From an uncultured Planctomycetia bacterium (GTDB lineage Bacteria > Omnitrophota > Gorgyraeia > Duberdicusellales > 4484-171): a stretch of DNA of 64,000 nt. The position numbers were made by a program, and so were the translations under genes. The stretch covers positions 6,337 to 70,336 of the forward strand of contig CAZABB010000004.1 in assembly GCA_964483625.1 (NCBI GenBank), in the 5' to 3' direction. The notes under the pieces were generated by a model, which was not told the origin of the DNA, ran no database searches, and saw nothing but the letters and a program-made list of their open reading frames with translations. Position 1 is the stretch's first letter; each line of letters opens with the position of its first letter. Shown here piece by piece: positions 37,488-46,882 of the stretch.

Positions 37488-38365
37488 GCCCGCGGATGGG
37501 CTTTATCATAAATCTTCTTTAAATTATCGATCGTCAGGTGTGTGTACACCTGAGTAGTCGCGATACTGGAATGGCCCAGAAGTTCCTGAACACACCGTAA
37601 ATCAGCGCCACGATTCAACAGGTGGGTCGCGAACGAATGCCGAAAGGTATGGGGAGAAATTTTTGCCTGGAGGGCGATCTTTTTGATATACTTATCCACG
37701 ATCAGCCGGAACGAACGATCACTTAACGTTCCGCCGCGTTTATTGACAAAAAGCGCCGGATTGGTATCACGGCGCGCTTTTAGATACCGGCGTAACGCCT
37801 TGATTGCCGGTTCCCCCAGAGGCAGGAGCCTTTCTTTGCGCCCTTTTCCTTTCACCTTCGCGATCCCGGAAATGAGGTCGACATATTCCTGCCGCAACCC
37901 CGCGACTTCTCCCACTCTGGCGCCGGTAGAATATAAAAATTCCAAAATCGCCTTATCGCGTAATCCCAGCACGTCGGTTTCGGTAACACTCGCCAGAACC
38001 TGCGTGATTTCCTTCTCGGTCAGAAATTTCGGCAGCGGTTTGTCGAGTTTAGGATAGATGAGGCTGGTAGCGGGATTATTCTTGGTAATACCCTCCCGTA
38101 CCAGAAATTTAAAAAAACTCTTCAATGTGGATATTTTCCGCGAAATGCTGCGTTTGGTAAGCTGGCGGGAAGTGAGAAGGCTTAAAAATTTTCTTAAAAT
38201 GAAATAATCTACCTTCTTGATATCCTGATTCTTATAATGTTCCGCCAGGAATTCGTCGAATTCCGCCAGGTCTTTTTTATAACTTCCGATTGTATGCGGG
38301 GAATAATTTTTTTCGATCTCCAGATAGGAAAGATACTTATCCCGATAATAAGAAAATGGTATCAT
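37484..38365 (-). CDS. Tyrosine recombinase XerC/XerD
   Basis: R…HxxR…Y catalytic residues (HTFRHSFATHLL…LGHSSIATTQVYTH). Confidence 0.88.
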   Translation of the reverse strand: MIPFSYYRDKYLSYLEIEKNYSPHTIGSYKKDLAEFDEFLAEHYKNQDIKKVDYFILRKFLSLLTSRQLTKRSISRKISTLKSFFKFLVREGITKNNPATSLIYPKLDKPLPKFLTEKEITQVLASVTETDVLGLRDKAILEFLYSTGARVGEVAGLRQEYVDLISGIAKVKGKGRKERLLPLGEPAIKALRRYLKARRDTNPALFVNKRGGTLSDRSFRLIVDKYIKKIALQAKISPHTFRHSFATHLLNRGADLRCVQELLGHSSIATTQVYTHLTIDNLKKIYDKAHPRA

Positions 38366-40314
38366 TGCTTCTCTGTATCGGTTTCATCCGGCAACGTGCG
38401 GGAAGTATAGGTGCATTTAGGGTAGGCGGTACATCCGTAAAACCGCTGACCTCGTCTGTTTTTTCTTTCAATCAGTTCGCCGTCGTGACAACCGGGGCAT
38501 TCGATCCCGGTGGTAATACTTTTTGCGAACTTACAGGCCGGATATCCCGCACAGCTTAAAAACCGCCCCTTACGGGACCATTTTACCACAAGTGGCTTGC
38601 CGCATTGAGGACAAATTTCCTGGGTATATTCGACATCCTTTTGGACATTTTTACCGGCTTTATCAACCGCCTCTTTAAACGAAGGGTAAAAATCCTCAAG
38701 CACCTTGGTCCAGACCACGCTCCCTTCTTCCACCTCATCCAGTTTTTCCTCCATTTGAGCCGTAAACTGATCGTCCATGATATCGCCGAAATTCTCCAGA
38801 AGCAATTTGCAAACCTTGATCCCCAATTCGGTAGGTTCGAAATGGCCTTTTTCACGGCTGATGTAATCACGGCGAATGAGTGTGGCGATCGTCGGCGCGT
38901 ATGTCGAAGGCCGCCCGATGCCTTTCTCTTCCAGAAGTTTTACCAGAGAAGCATCATTAAAATGCGGCGGCGGTTTGGTCGTATGTTCGAGAAAATCGAG
39001 TTTTTTCGCATCGACCGGATCACCCTTACGCACATCCGGCAGGGGATTCTCTTCTTCTTTCTCCCACACCTTCTGAAACCCTTCAAACACAACCCTCCGG
39101 CCGTCGGAGGTAAACAGCGCATCTCCGGCCTTGACATACAACTTGGTCGATTCATACACCGCCGGAGCCATGAACGATGCCAAAAATCTCTTCCAGATCA
39201 ATTCGTATAGTTTGAGCAGGTCTCCCGAAAGATACCCCGTAAGCGAATCCGGATCGCGTGTGGCGTGCGTGGGACGTATCGCTTCGTGCGCTTCCTGAGC
39301 GCCTTTTTTCTTTTTGTAGGCGTATTCCTTTTTCGCCAGATAATCATCGCCGTAGATCTTTTTGATGTAGCCTTTCACTTCTTTCTTGGCCCGATCGGCG
39401 ACATTATAAGAATCCGTACGCATATACGTGATCAACCCGACCATCTGATTCTCGATCTCGATGCCTTCATATAACTTCTGGGCTAATAACATGGTCTTTT
39501 GCGAAGAAAAACGGAATTTGTAAAACGCTTCCTGCTGCAATGATGAGGTAATGAACGGAGGGAGTGGTTTCCGTTTGCTTTCTTTTTTTTCGATCTTATC
39601 GATGAGAAACTCTTTGCCTTTCAGATACTCGATTACTTCACCGGCCCCCTCCTTCTTCTCAAACGGGGACTTCTCTTTGCCGAATCTGACCAGGCGGCCT
39701 TTGAATTCATCACGCTTAGCCGCAAAGAGAGCTTCCACCCCGTAGGTGGTTTTGGGAACAAACGCCGATATTTCCTCTTCCCGCTGGACGATAAATTTAA
39801 GGGCAACCGACTGCACTCGGCCCGCCGACAACCCCCTGACAATCTTTTTCCACAACAGGGGCGAAAGCAGATACCCCACGATCCTGTCCAGTACCCGCCG
39901 TGCCGTCTGAGCCCAGACGCGGTTCATATCGAACTCACGGGGAACCTGAAACGCTTCCTGAACGGCTTCGGGAGTGATTTCGGAAAAATTTACGCGTAAG
40001 AACTTCTTCGCGTCCTTCTTCAGCTCATTCCGGATATGCCACCCGATAGCTTCGCCCTCCCGGTCCGGATCGGTCGCGACATAGATGATCTTCTTACCCT
40101 TGGCCTGCGCCCGTAACAGCGAAAGAGTTTTCTTCTTGCCCGGGATCACCTTGTACCGCGGCGTAAATCCGTTATCGACATCGACCGATAAAGACTTAGC
40201 CGGCAAATCGATCATATGCCCCATCGAAGACAGCACGGCATAATCATCGCCCAGGATCTTTGAGATCGTTTCTACTTTCGTAGGAGACTCGACAATAACC
40301 AGATATTTACTCAT
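38362..40314 (-). CDS. topA: DNA topoisomerase I
   Basis: TOPRIM N-terminus; C-terminal Cys4 zinc ribbons. Confidence 0.93.
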   Translation of the reverse strand: MSKYLVIVESPTKVETISKILGDDYAVLSSMGHMIDLPAKSLSVDVDNGFTPRYKVIPGKKKTLSLLRAQAKGKKIIYVATDPDREGEAIGWHIRNELKKDAKKFLRVNFSEITPEAVQEAFQVPREFDMNRVWAQTARRVLDRIVGYLLSPLLWKKIVRGLSAGRVQSVALKFIVQREEEISAFVPKTTYGVEALFAAKRDEFKGRLVRFGKEKSPFEKKEGAGEVIEYLKGKEFLIDKIEKKESKRKPLPPFITSSLQQEAFYKFRFSSQKTMLLAQKLYEGIEIENQMVGLITYMRTDSYNVADRAKKEVKGYIKKIYGDDYLAKKEYAYKKKKGAQEAHEAIRPTHATRDPDSLTGYLSGDLLKLYELIWKRFLASFMAPAVYESTKLYVKAGDALFTSDGRRVVFEGFQKVWEKEEENPLPDVRKGDPVDAKKLDFLEHTTKPPPHFNDASLVKLLEEKGIGRPSTYAPTIATLIRRDYISREKGHFEPTELGIKVCKLLLENFGDIMDDQFTAQMEEKLDEVEEGSVVWTKVLEDFYPSFKEAVDKAGKNVQKDVEYTQEICPQCGKPLVVKWSRKGRFLSCAGYPACKFAKSITTGIECPGCHDGELIERKNRRGQRFYGCTAYPKCTYTSRTLPDETDTEKQ

Positions 40315-40327
40315 AATTTTTTAAAAT

Positions 40328-40462
40328 TCCAAGTTACAAGATACAATCACCAAATAATAACCAAATCTCAATAACCAAACAAAATACAAAGGTCTTCCGT
40401 CTTCATTGGTCATTGGAAATTGGAATTTATTTGTATCTTGCATCTTGGTTATTGGTTATTTC
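40328..40462. repeat. Compound inverted repeat with arrays of CCAAT/ATTGG motifs
   Basis: CCAAGTTACAAGATACAAT pairs with ATTTGTATCTTGCATCTTGG. AATAACCAAATCTCAATAACCAAAC pairs with CTTGGTTATTGGTTATT. The centre is CATTGGTCATTGGAAATTGGAAT. Confidence 0.7.
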
Positions 40463-40464
40463 TT

Positions 40465-41529
40465 CTAGAGTTCTGCTTTCACGTAACATAAGGGGCGCAT
40501 TTCTCTGATCAATCCCTTGATCTGAAGCGACAGGACCGCTTCGTTTACCGCCGCGGTATTGCCTTTTTGCCTGATCAACATCTCCTCCATCGTCACCGGC
40601 TGGCTTCCCATGATATTAAAAATGCCGCGTTCGGCGTCCGACAGGACCATACGCTCGGTTCCGATTGTATCGGATCCAAAAGAGAATGTTCCGAGGATAT
40701 CTTCGAGAGAATCGATCAGTCCGGCTCCTTCTTTAATAAGCTTATGCGTACCGCGGCTTTTCGGCGAATTCGCCTGGCCCGGTAAAGCGAATACTTCCCG
40801 ATTCTGCTCCAGCGCGTACCCTGCCGTAATCAACGCCCCGCTGCGTAGAGCCGCCTCAACCACCAGTACCCCGCGACTGAGCCCGCTGACAATACGATTA
40901 CGCTGAGGGAAATATTCTTTCCGCGGCCCCTCATCCAGAGGAAATTCCGAAACAAGCGCGCCCCGGCGGCTGATCAAACGGCTGAGCTTTTCGTTTTCCT
41001 TGGGATACACGTGATTGAGCCCCGAACCCAACACGGCAATCGTCTTGCCGCCGGCAAGAGCGCCCTGGTGCGCGGCATGGTCAATCCCCCGGGCGAGCCC
41101 TGAAACCACAGTAATCCCTAATGAAGAAAGCGCGTAAGAAAACTTCTTGGCCATATCGATTCCGTATAATGTCGGCAGGCGGGTTCCCACGATTGCCAAA
41201 CAGAAACTTTTTAATATCTCAACCTCCCCCTTTACATACAGAACCAGAGGCCCGGTGGCAATCTCTTTCAACAGCGGCGGATACGCGGGAGAATCGAGAT
41301 CGATAATCTCAACGCCTGCCGTTTGAGCTTTTTCCATTTCGATTTCAGAGAACCGCTCGATTTGTCCCCGTCGCAGGCGGTCTTTTTCTCCGGCGGTAAG
41401 AAAATCGAACTCATCCCACCCCCCGGGCCGATCGACGGGAATGCTTCCGGCTCGCTCGGCGGACAGGATCTTCTGACATTTGGCAAAAGGGAGGCGGGCT
41501 TTATTGAGTAAAAGCAATAATTTTTTCAC
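40465..41529 (-). CDS. dprA: DNA processing protein DprA (Smf)
   Basis: VVSGLARGIDHAAHQGAL Rossmann-like DprA core. Confidence 0.9.
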   Translation of the reverse strand: MKKLLLLLNKARLPFAKCQKILSAERAGSIPVDRPGGWDEFDFLTAGEKDRLRRGQIERFSEIEMEKAQTAGVEIIDLDSPAYPPLLKEIATGPLVLYVKGEVEILKSFCLAIVGTRLPTLYGIDMAKKFSYALSSLGITVVSGLARGIDHAAHQGALAGGKTIAVLGSGLNHVYPKENEKLSRLISRRGALVSEFPLDEGPRKEYFPQRNRIVSGLSRGVLVVEAALRSGALITAGYALEQNREVFALPGQANSPKSRGTHKLIKEGAGLIDSLEDILGTFSFGSDTIGTERMVLSDAERGIFNIMGSQPVTMEEMLIRQKGNTAAVNEAVLSLQIKGLIREMRPLCYVKAEL

Positions 41530-42041
41530 GCCGGGATAATCTCCCTGATTTTAGCGACGACCTCACGGATGCTGAGCTTTGAGGTATCAATCGAATAATG
41601 CGCCTGGGCGTACAGGTGAGCCCGGGCCCGCATGAGTTCTGAAATCTTCCTTTGCGGGTCGGGAACATTGAGGAGCGGACGATTCTTACATGATTTCGTC
41701 CGCTGGTAAATGATGTCCGCCTCAGCCGTCAGGCAGATCATTATCCCGCTTTGCTTTAACAGTTCCCGGTTTTTCTCAGCAATAATGACACCCCCGCCGC
41801 AGGAAACCACAAGATGATCCTGTCCCGCCAGGCGTTCAAGAACTTCGGTTTCTTTCCGGCGGAAATAAGATTCACCCTCTTGAGCAAAAATATCATTAAT
41901 AGTTCTTTTCTCTAATTTCTCGATCTCTTCATCCATTTCCCGGAAACAGCGGTTAAGCTCCCCGGCGAGCATTTTCCCCACCGTGGTCTTTCCCGTACCC
42001 ATAAATCCCGTTAAATATATATTTTTATTTATTCCATTCAT
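41526..42041 (-). CDS. aroK: Shikimate kinase
   Basis: IYLTGFMGTGKTTVGK P-loop; 171 aa. Confidence 0.9.
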   Translation of the reverse strand: MNGINKNIYLTGFMGTGKTTVGKMLAGELNRCFREMDEEIEKLEKRTINDIFAQEGESYFRRKETEVLERLAGQDHLVVSCGGGVIIAEKNRELLKQSGIMICLTAEADIIYQRTKSCKNRPLLNVPDPQRKISELMRARAHLYAQAHYSIDTSKLSIREVVAKIREIIPA

Positions 42042-42207
42042 TACTTCAAAATGTATCCTACATTCGCCCTTTTGTCAAGCAAGCTATTGTTTGGCGCGAT
42101 ATGAGTCGACCCGTTCACCCGTGCTCCCGCTTACCCGTTTAAGAAAACGAAATAACGGACAAACGAGCCGACGGATCAACCATCCTATGCCCAAAGGCTG
42201 AATATCG

Positions 42208-42240
42208 AAAAAAAACCCCGGGGTTTCCCCGGGGTTTTTC
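42208..42240. terminator. Bidirectional rho-independent terminator
   Basis: aaaaaaaccccgggg-tttc-cccggggttttt; GC stem flanked by A and T tracts. Confidence 0.75.
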
Positions 42241-42263
42241 TGTGCGTTATAACTGCTGTTCAA

Positions 42264-43427
42264 TTATTTCGTATATTTCTTGATCAGATTCAGCGCGATA
42301 ATGTTTTTCTGTATCTGATTTGTCCCCTCATAAATCTGGGTTATTTTGGCATCACGCATGAATTTTTCTACCGGATAATCACGCATGTACCCGAACCCGC
42401 CGTAGATCTGAACCGCGTCAGTCGTTACCTCCATGGCAATATCGGAAGCGTACAACTTGGCCATGGCGCTTGCGGCCCCCACGTCTTTTGTTATCCCGCG
42501 ATCGACCATCGCCGCGGTCGTATATACCAGACTCCGCGCCGCTTCCACTTTCGTCGCCATATCGGCCAGCATCCACTGAATACCCTGAAATGAAGTGATC
42601 GGCTTGCCGAACTGGACCCGCTGGTGAGCGTAGGTCGTGGCAAGTTCAAGCGCCCCTTGCGCGATACCGACAGCCTGCGCGGCAACGCCGGGTCGTGACT
42701 GGTCAAATGTCTTCATCGTCGCAATAAAACCCAGGCCTTCCTTGCCGCCCAGAAGACATTCTTTCGAGACTTCAACATCGTTAAAAATCAGCTCACCCGT
42801 CGATGAAGCTCTAATCCCCAGCTTCTCTTCTTTTTTCCCGAACGTAAACCCCTCCTGCCCTTTCTCCACGATAAAGGCCGAGATTCCCCGGGGCCCCTTC
42901 GCTTTATTGGTCACGGCAATAATGGTATAAATCTCGGCGTCGCCGCCGTTGGTAATGAAGTGTTTGGTCCCGTTCAATATGTATTTGTCGCCCTGCTTCT
43001 TCGCGGTCGTCTTAACCGCGGAAGCGTCCGAACCGGCTTCCGGCTCAGTCAATCCGAACGCGGCCAGTTTCTTCCCTGAAGCGATATCGGGAAGATACTT
43101 TTTCTTCTGCTGGTCGGTCCCATACAAAAGGATCGGGAACATTCCCAGGTAAGACGCCGCGTATGAAGTCGCAACGCCTCCGTCGACGCGGGAAATTTCC
43201 TCGGTCGCGATCACGAGATCCATCAGCCCCCCCCCCATACCTCCGTACTGTTCGGGAATACACAGAGAAAAAAGATCGGACTGGGCCATCACTTTAATGA
43301 TTTCCCAGGGAAATTCTTCTTTTTCATCAAGTTCGCGTGAAACCGGACGGATCTTCTCCTCGGCGATCTGACGGCATAAATCACGCAGCATTTTCTGTTC
43401 CTCAGTAAAACCATAATCTACGAACAT
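42264..43427 (-). CDS. Acyl-CoA dehydrogenase (short/branched-chain type)
   Basis: ACAD family motifs; start set at MFVDYGFTEEQ. Confidence 0.9.
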   Translation of the reverse strand: MFVDYGFTEEQKMLRDLCRQIAEEKIRPVSRELDEKEEFPWEIIKVMAQSDLFSLCIPEQYGGMGGGLMDLVIATEEISRVDGGVATSYAASYLGMFPILLYGTDQQKKKYLPDIASGKKLAAFGLTEPEAGSDASAVKTTAKKQGDKYILNGTKHFITNGGDAEIYTIIAVTNKAKGPRGISAFIVEKGQEGFTFGKKEEKLGIRASSTGELIFNDVEVSKECLLGGKEGLGFIATMKTFDQSRPGVAAQAVGIAQGALELATTYAHQRVQFGKPITSFQGIQWMLADMATKVEAARSLVYTTAAMVDRGITKDVGAASAMAKLYASDIAMEVTTDAVQIYGGFGYMRDYPVEKFMRDAKITQIYEGTNQIQKNIIALNLIKKYTK

Positions 43428-43502
43428 TGGATTCCTCCTTTCAATGAACACGTGACTTACGGAACGAGCGAAGCGAGTGAACATACGTCACGCGTGTGAA
43501 TT

Positions 43503-43612
43503 GAACCCCGCCCTCTAAGCTGACTTGCAAAGCAGAGGTTCAAATTATCAAACTCCCATGGTTCTTACCACCGCCGGCCCTGAGAATAACATGCGGCATA
43601 GAGGGCGGGGTT
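43503..43612. repeat. Intergenic inverted-repeat element, copy 1 (termini CCCCGCCCTCTAAG / CATAGAGGGCGGGG)
   Basis: A second copy at 56735-56834 has the same termini and a related left half. Confidence 0.7.
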
Positions 43613-43654
43613 AAGTTCGACCATGTGATCCTGATTGTTATCGGGATCACGGTC

Positions 43655-44149
43655 TCATTTAATCTTCAACACCAGCGCCGTTTCCCGGCACTGATTGGGA
43701 AAATCAACGCAATGAATACATTCGTTCCATATCTTATGAGGCAGCTTATTCTTATTGATCTTCTTAAACCCCAGTTTTCTAAAGAACTCATCGACGTAGG
43801 TAAGCGTAAAAACATTTTTCACGCCAAGCTCTTTTGCCTCGGAGACACAGGCTGTAACCAGTTTTTTCCCAATGCCGCGTCTATGCCTGGTTTTACGGAC
43901 AACCAGCGATTTCACCTCCGCCAGATCATCCCATCCCACGATATGCAGGGCGCAGGCACCGAGGATAGTGTCTCTCTCCTGGTACACCCAGAAATCACGG
44001 ATATGTTCGAAGATATAATTCAGCGGGCGATTTAAAACTTTGCCTTCTTTTGTCCAGAAAGCGATCAGTTTCTGGATTTTCCTGGCGTCGGCGATTCGCG
44101 CTTTCCTCAACATAGGGTTATATAATTCGAACGGATTTAAGGATTTCAA
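43655..44149 (-). CDS. GNAT family N-acetyltransferase
   Basis: RHRRGIGKKL acetyl-CoA binding motif. Confidence 0.8.
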   Translation of the reverse strand: MKSLNPFELYNPMLRKARIADARKIQKLIAFWTKEGKVLNRPLNYIFEHIRDFWVYQERDTILGACALHIVGWDDLAEVKSLVVRKTRHRRGIGKKLVTACVSEAKELGVKNVFTLTYVDEFFRKLGFKKINKNKLPHKIWNECIHCVDFPNQCRETALVLKIK

Positions 44150-44154
44150 ACATC

Positions 44155-44718
44155 TTAGAAAAACGAGGCGACCCCGGCCAGCACCATATCCACATCGATC
44201 CCTTTATTCGGTTGATCAAAGCCCGCGTTCGACAGGTGACGCCGGCGGTATTCAACGGTCACAGCTTTCTTCTCGTTGAAGAACCAGTGAAATCCCATCC
44301 CGACCTGCGGCGTAAAATTAAACTGAGTTCCCTGCTCCCGTGTCGGCATGGTCATATAAATCATCCCGGCCCCGCCTTTTAGATACACTTTGAATTTCTC
44401 TCCCCACGGAAAGGTATATTTCATCAGAAAATTGGTAAAAATCTCGGCGTTTGCTTCCGGGTCAAACACGATCGTCACTCCCGGTTCGACGACAAAATCC
44501 AGCTGTCCTTTCAGATCGAGCGAAAACTTCTCCTGAACCGGGGTGGAATCGAAATTAAACGCGACCAGAAACGGCATCCCGTTTAAGGAACCCTTTTCTT
44601 TGACCTTCCCGTTTATCCAGCCGGAAAGGAACTCGGTCCCGCGTACGGATAAAGATGCCGCGGGCAGGTGGAAAACAAACAAAGAACAACAAAACAGCAA
44701 AATTGCTCTTCTTTTCAT
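44155..44718 (-). CDS. Outer-membrane lipid A 3-O-deacylase (PagL-like) beta-barrel
   Basis: Signal peptide. HLSNAG (His/Ser catalytic pair as in PagL HxSNG). C-terminal aromatic residue. Confidence 0.6.
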   Translation of the reverse strand: MKRRAILLFCCSLFVFHLPAASLSVRGTEFLSGWINGKVKEKGSLNGMPFLVAFNFDSTPVQEKFSLDLKGQLDFVVEPGVTIVFDPEANAEIFTNFLMKYTFPWGEKFKVYLKGGAGMIYMTMPTREQGTQFNFTPQVGMGFHWFFNEKKAVTVEYRRRHLSNAGFDQPNKGIDVDMVLAGVASFF

Positions 44719-44905
44719 TATCCTCCCTCTTTTTGTCGTCTAAAAGATACTTTATATGATGTAGAGATAATTTTAAATGGTCGAAAGCACTGTGTCAAAT
44801 ATTTTATGGAATTGCGGCAAAATGCCGCAAGTACCATCTTATTCGTTTTTAATCATTGTAATCACATTGTGCACCTCATCCGTGTAATCCCTACGTAAAA
44901 AAGGC

Positions 44906-44934
44906 TTGACAGGTAATACATAAATAAGTATATT
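44906..44934 (+). promoter_or_regulatory. Consensus sigma70 promoter of rpmB (TTGACA, 17 nt, TATATT)
   Basis: The -10 ends 7 nt before the rpmB ATG and there is no Shine-Dalgarno sequence, so the transcript is probably leaderless. Confidence 0.7.
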
Positions 44935-44941
44935 ACTGCCT

Positions 44942-45181
44942 ATGGCACGTAAATGTGAAATATGCGGAAAAACAGCGATGTCCGGCAATTCGGTCACGCG
45001 GCGTGGTATGGCAAAAAGCAAGGGTGGTGTCGGTAAAAAGACGACCGGCATTACCAAGCGCAGGTTTCTGCCTAATCTCCAGCCTAAACGTATCCTCGTC
45101 AACGGGAAAATCAAGAAAACGCTTGTCTGCGCCAAATGCCTGAAGAAAGGCAAAATCAGCCTTCCCTCCCGTTCAGCTTAA
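44942..45181 (+). CDS. rpmB: 50S ribosomal protein L28
   Basis: MARKCEICGK… L28 family. Confidence 0.93.
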   Translation: MARKCEICGKTAMSGNSVTRRGMAKSKGGVGKKTTGITKRRFLPNLQPKRILVNGKIKKTLVCAKCLKKGKISLPSRSA

Positions 45182-46882
45182 ACGCACATCTTTTAATACC
45201 AGCCGAAAACTGTTGTGATAATGGTTTCTTTCTAAAGAGTAGACGATATCCAGAGGCTTACCGTAATTGACCAGGTCCAAAAACCCGTTCCTCTGATAGA
45301 ATATCGCTTCATAGGTAAGTTCTGAATCGGTAAGCCATACCGAATACATCGTATAGCGTGATTTCTGCGCCGGAGTTTTGGGGATGACACCCCGGGTTAC
45401 GAATAAAGGAGGACGGTTTTCCTCTCCGAACGGACTTAACCGCTCCAGGTCAGCGAGGAACTCGGATGTGATATCGTCAAACCGCAACGGCGCGTCCACC
45501 TGCAGCTGAGGCCGCAGATCATTCTGTTTCGAATATTCCTTGAGCACTTCGTTGATCTTTTTACGAAACGGCTCGATATGAGATTCCAGGATCTCTATCC
45601 CGGCGGCTTTTTTATGCCCGCCGTAGGCCATAAGATAATCCTGACATTCGCCCAGCGCGTCCATGATATGAAATCCGGCAATCGAACGAGCCGACCCTTT
45701 CCCCCGATTATGCTCACATCCGATCACAAACGCCGGCCTGCCGTACTTATCGGCGAGTTTTGAGGCGACGATCCCCAGAACACCCTGATGCCAGCCTTCT
45801 GAGGCCAGGACGAGAACATCATCCTGTTTAAACTCTTTCTCGATCAACGCTTCGGCTTCCTTGTAAATATCACTTTCGATACTGCGCCGCCGGGTATTGT
45901 ACTGGTTCATTTTTTGAGCGATTTCACGAATCACCTCGGTATCTTCGGTCAAAAACAGATCCAGCACCTCATGCGCTGAGGCGATACGCCCGCAGGCATT
46001 GATCCGGGGACCGAGGATGAATCCCAGGTGGTACGGTTTAATATTTTCCGGCTTGATCTTCGTAGTTTTACAGAGAATGTTCAGTGCCAAACGGCCGTTT
46101 TCTCTCAGAATCCGCAAGCCTTCTTTCAGGAATATTCTGTTCTCACTCTTTATGGGAGCTACATCGCAGACGACCGAAAGCGCGACCAGATCAAGCAGCT
46201 CGAAACAATCCCGGCCCGATAACGCCTGGACGAACTTAAACACGATCCCGCCGGATGAAAGCTCGTTGAAAGGATAATCACAATCGTACCGCTTGGGATT
46301 GATGAAGGCATACGGCGGATAGTATTCTTTTTTCGGTGTATGATGATCCAGCACGATGACATCGATCCCTGCCTCGCGAGCGTATTTCAGCTCTTGGTCC
46401 GCCCCGGTTCCGCAGTCAACGCATATCATCAACGTACACCCCTTCTCTTTCGCCTCATCGATAGCCCCGGTATTCAGACCGTATCCTTCCTCGACCCGGT
46501 GCGGAATATAAAATTCCGGATGAACCGGTGTATGCTTTAAATATTCATGCAGGATGACCAGAGACGTAACGCCGTCGACATCATAATCTCCAAAGAGAAA
46601 GATACGTTCTCCTTCACCAATCGCCCGGCGCAGCCGTTCGACTCCCCGGTGCATATCGGACAAAAGATAGGGAGAATAGAGATCGTCCAAAGAAGGATGC
46701 AGAAACGAATGAAACTCCTCAGGCTTGACTCCGCGGGACAAAAGGATATGGACAAGAATCGGGTTCAGGTTATACGCATCACCCAGGGGGTGGGCTTCCG
46801 GATGCAGCTGATCGATGAGCCACGTCGTAAGAGCCATCACATCTTCTCCAACGCCTCGATACCCAGAAGTTTCAGCCCGCAC
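45173..46882 (-). CDS. recJ: Single-stranded-DNA-specific exonuclease RecJ
   Basis: DHH and DHHA1 domains. Confidence 0.92.
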   Translation of the reverse strand: MRAETSGYRGVGEDVMALTTWLIDQLHPEAHPLGDAYNLNPILVHILLSRGVKPEEFHSFLHPSLDDLYSPYLLSDMHRGVERLRRAIGEGERIFLFGDYDVDGVTSLVILHEYLKHTPVHPEFYIPHRVEEGYGLNTGAIDEAKEKGCTLMICVDCGTGADQELKYAREAGIDVIVLDHHTPKKEYYPPYAFINPKRYDCDYPFNELSSGGIVFKFVQALSGRDCFELLDLVALSVVCDVAPIKSENRIFLKEGLRILRENGRLALNILCKTTKIKPENIKPYHLGFILGPRINACGRIASAHEVLDLFLTEDTEVIREIAQKMNQYNTRRRSIESDIYKEAEALIEKEFKQDDVLVLASEGWHQGVLGIVASKLADKYGRPAFVIGCEHNRGKGSARSIAGFHIMDALGECQDYLMAYGGHKKAAGIEILESHIEPFRKKINEVLKEYSKQNDLRPQLQVDAPLRFDDITSEFLADLERLSPFGEENRPPLFVTRGVIPKTPAQKSRYTMYSVWLTDSELTYEAIFYQRNGFLDLVNYGKPLDIVYSLERNHYHNSFRLVLKDVRLS

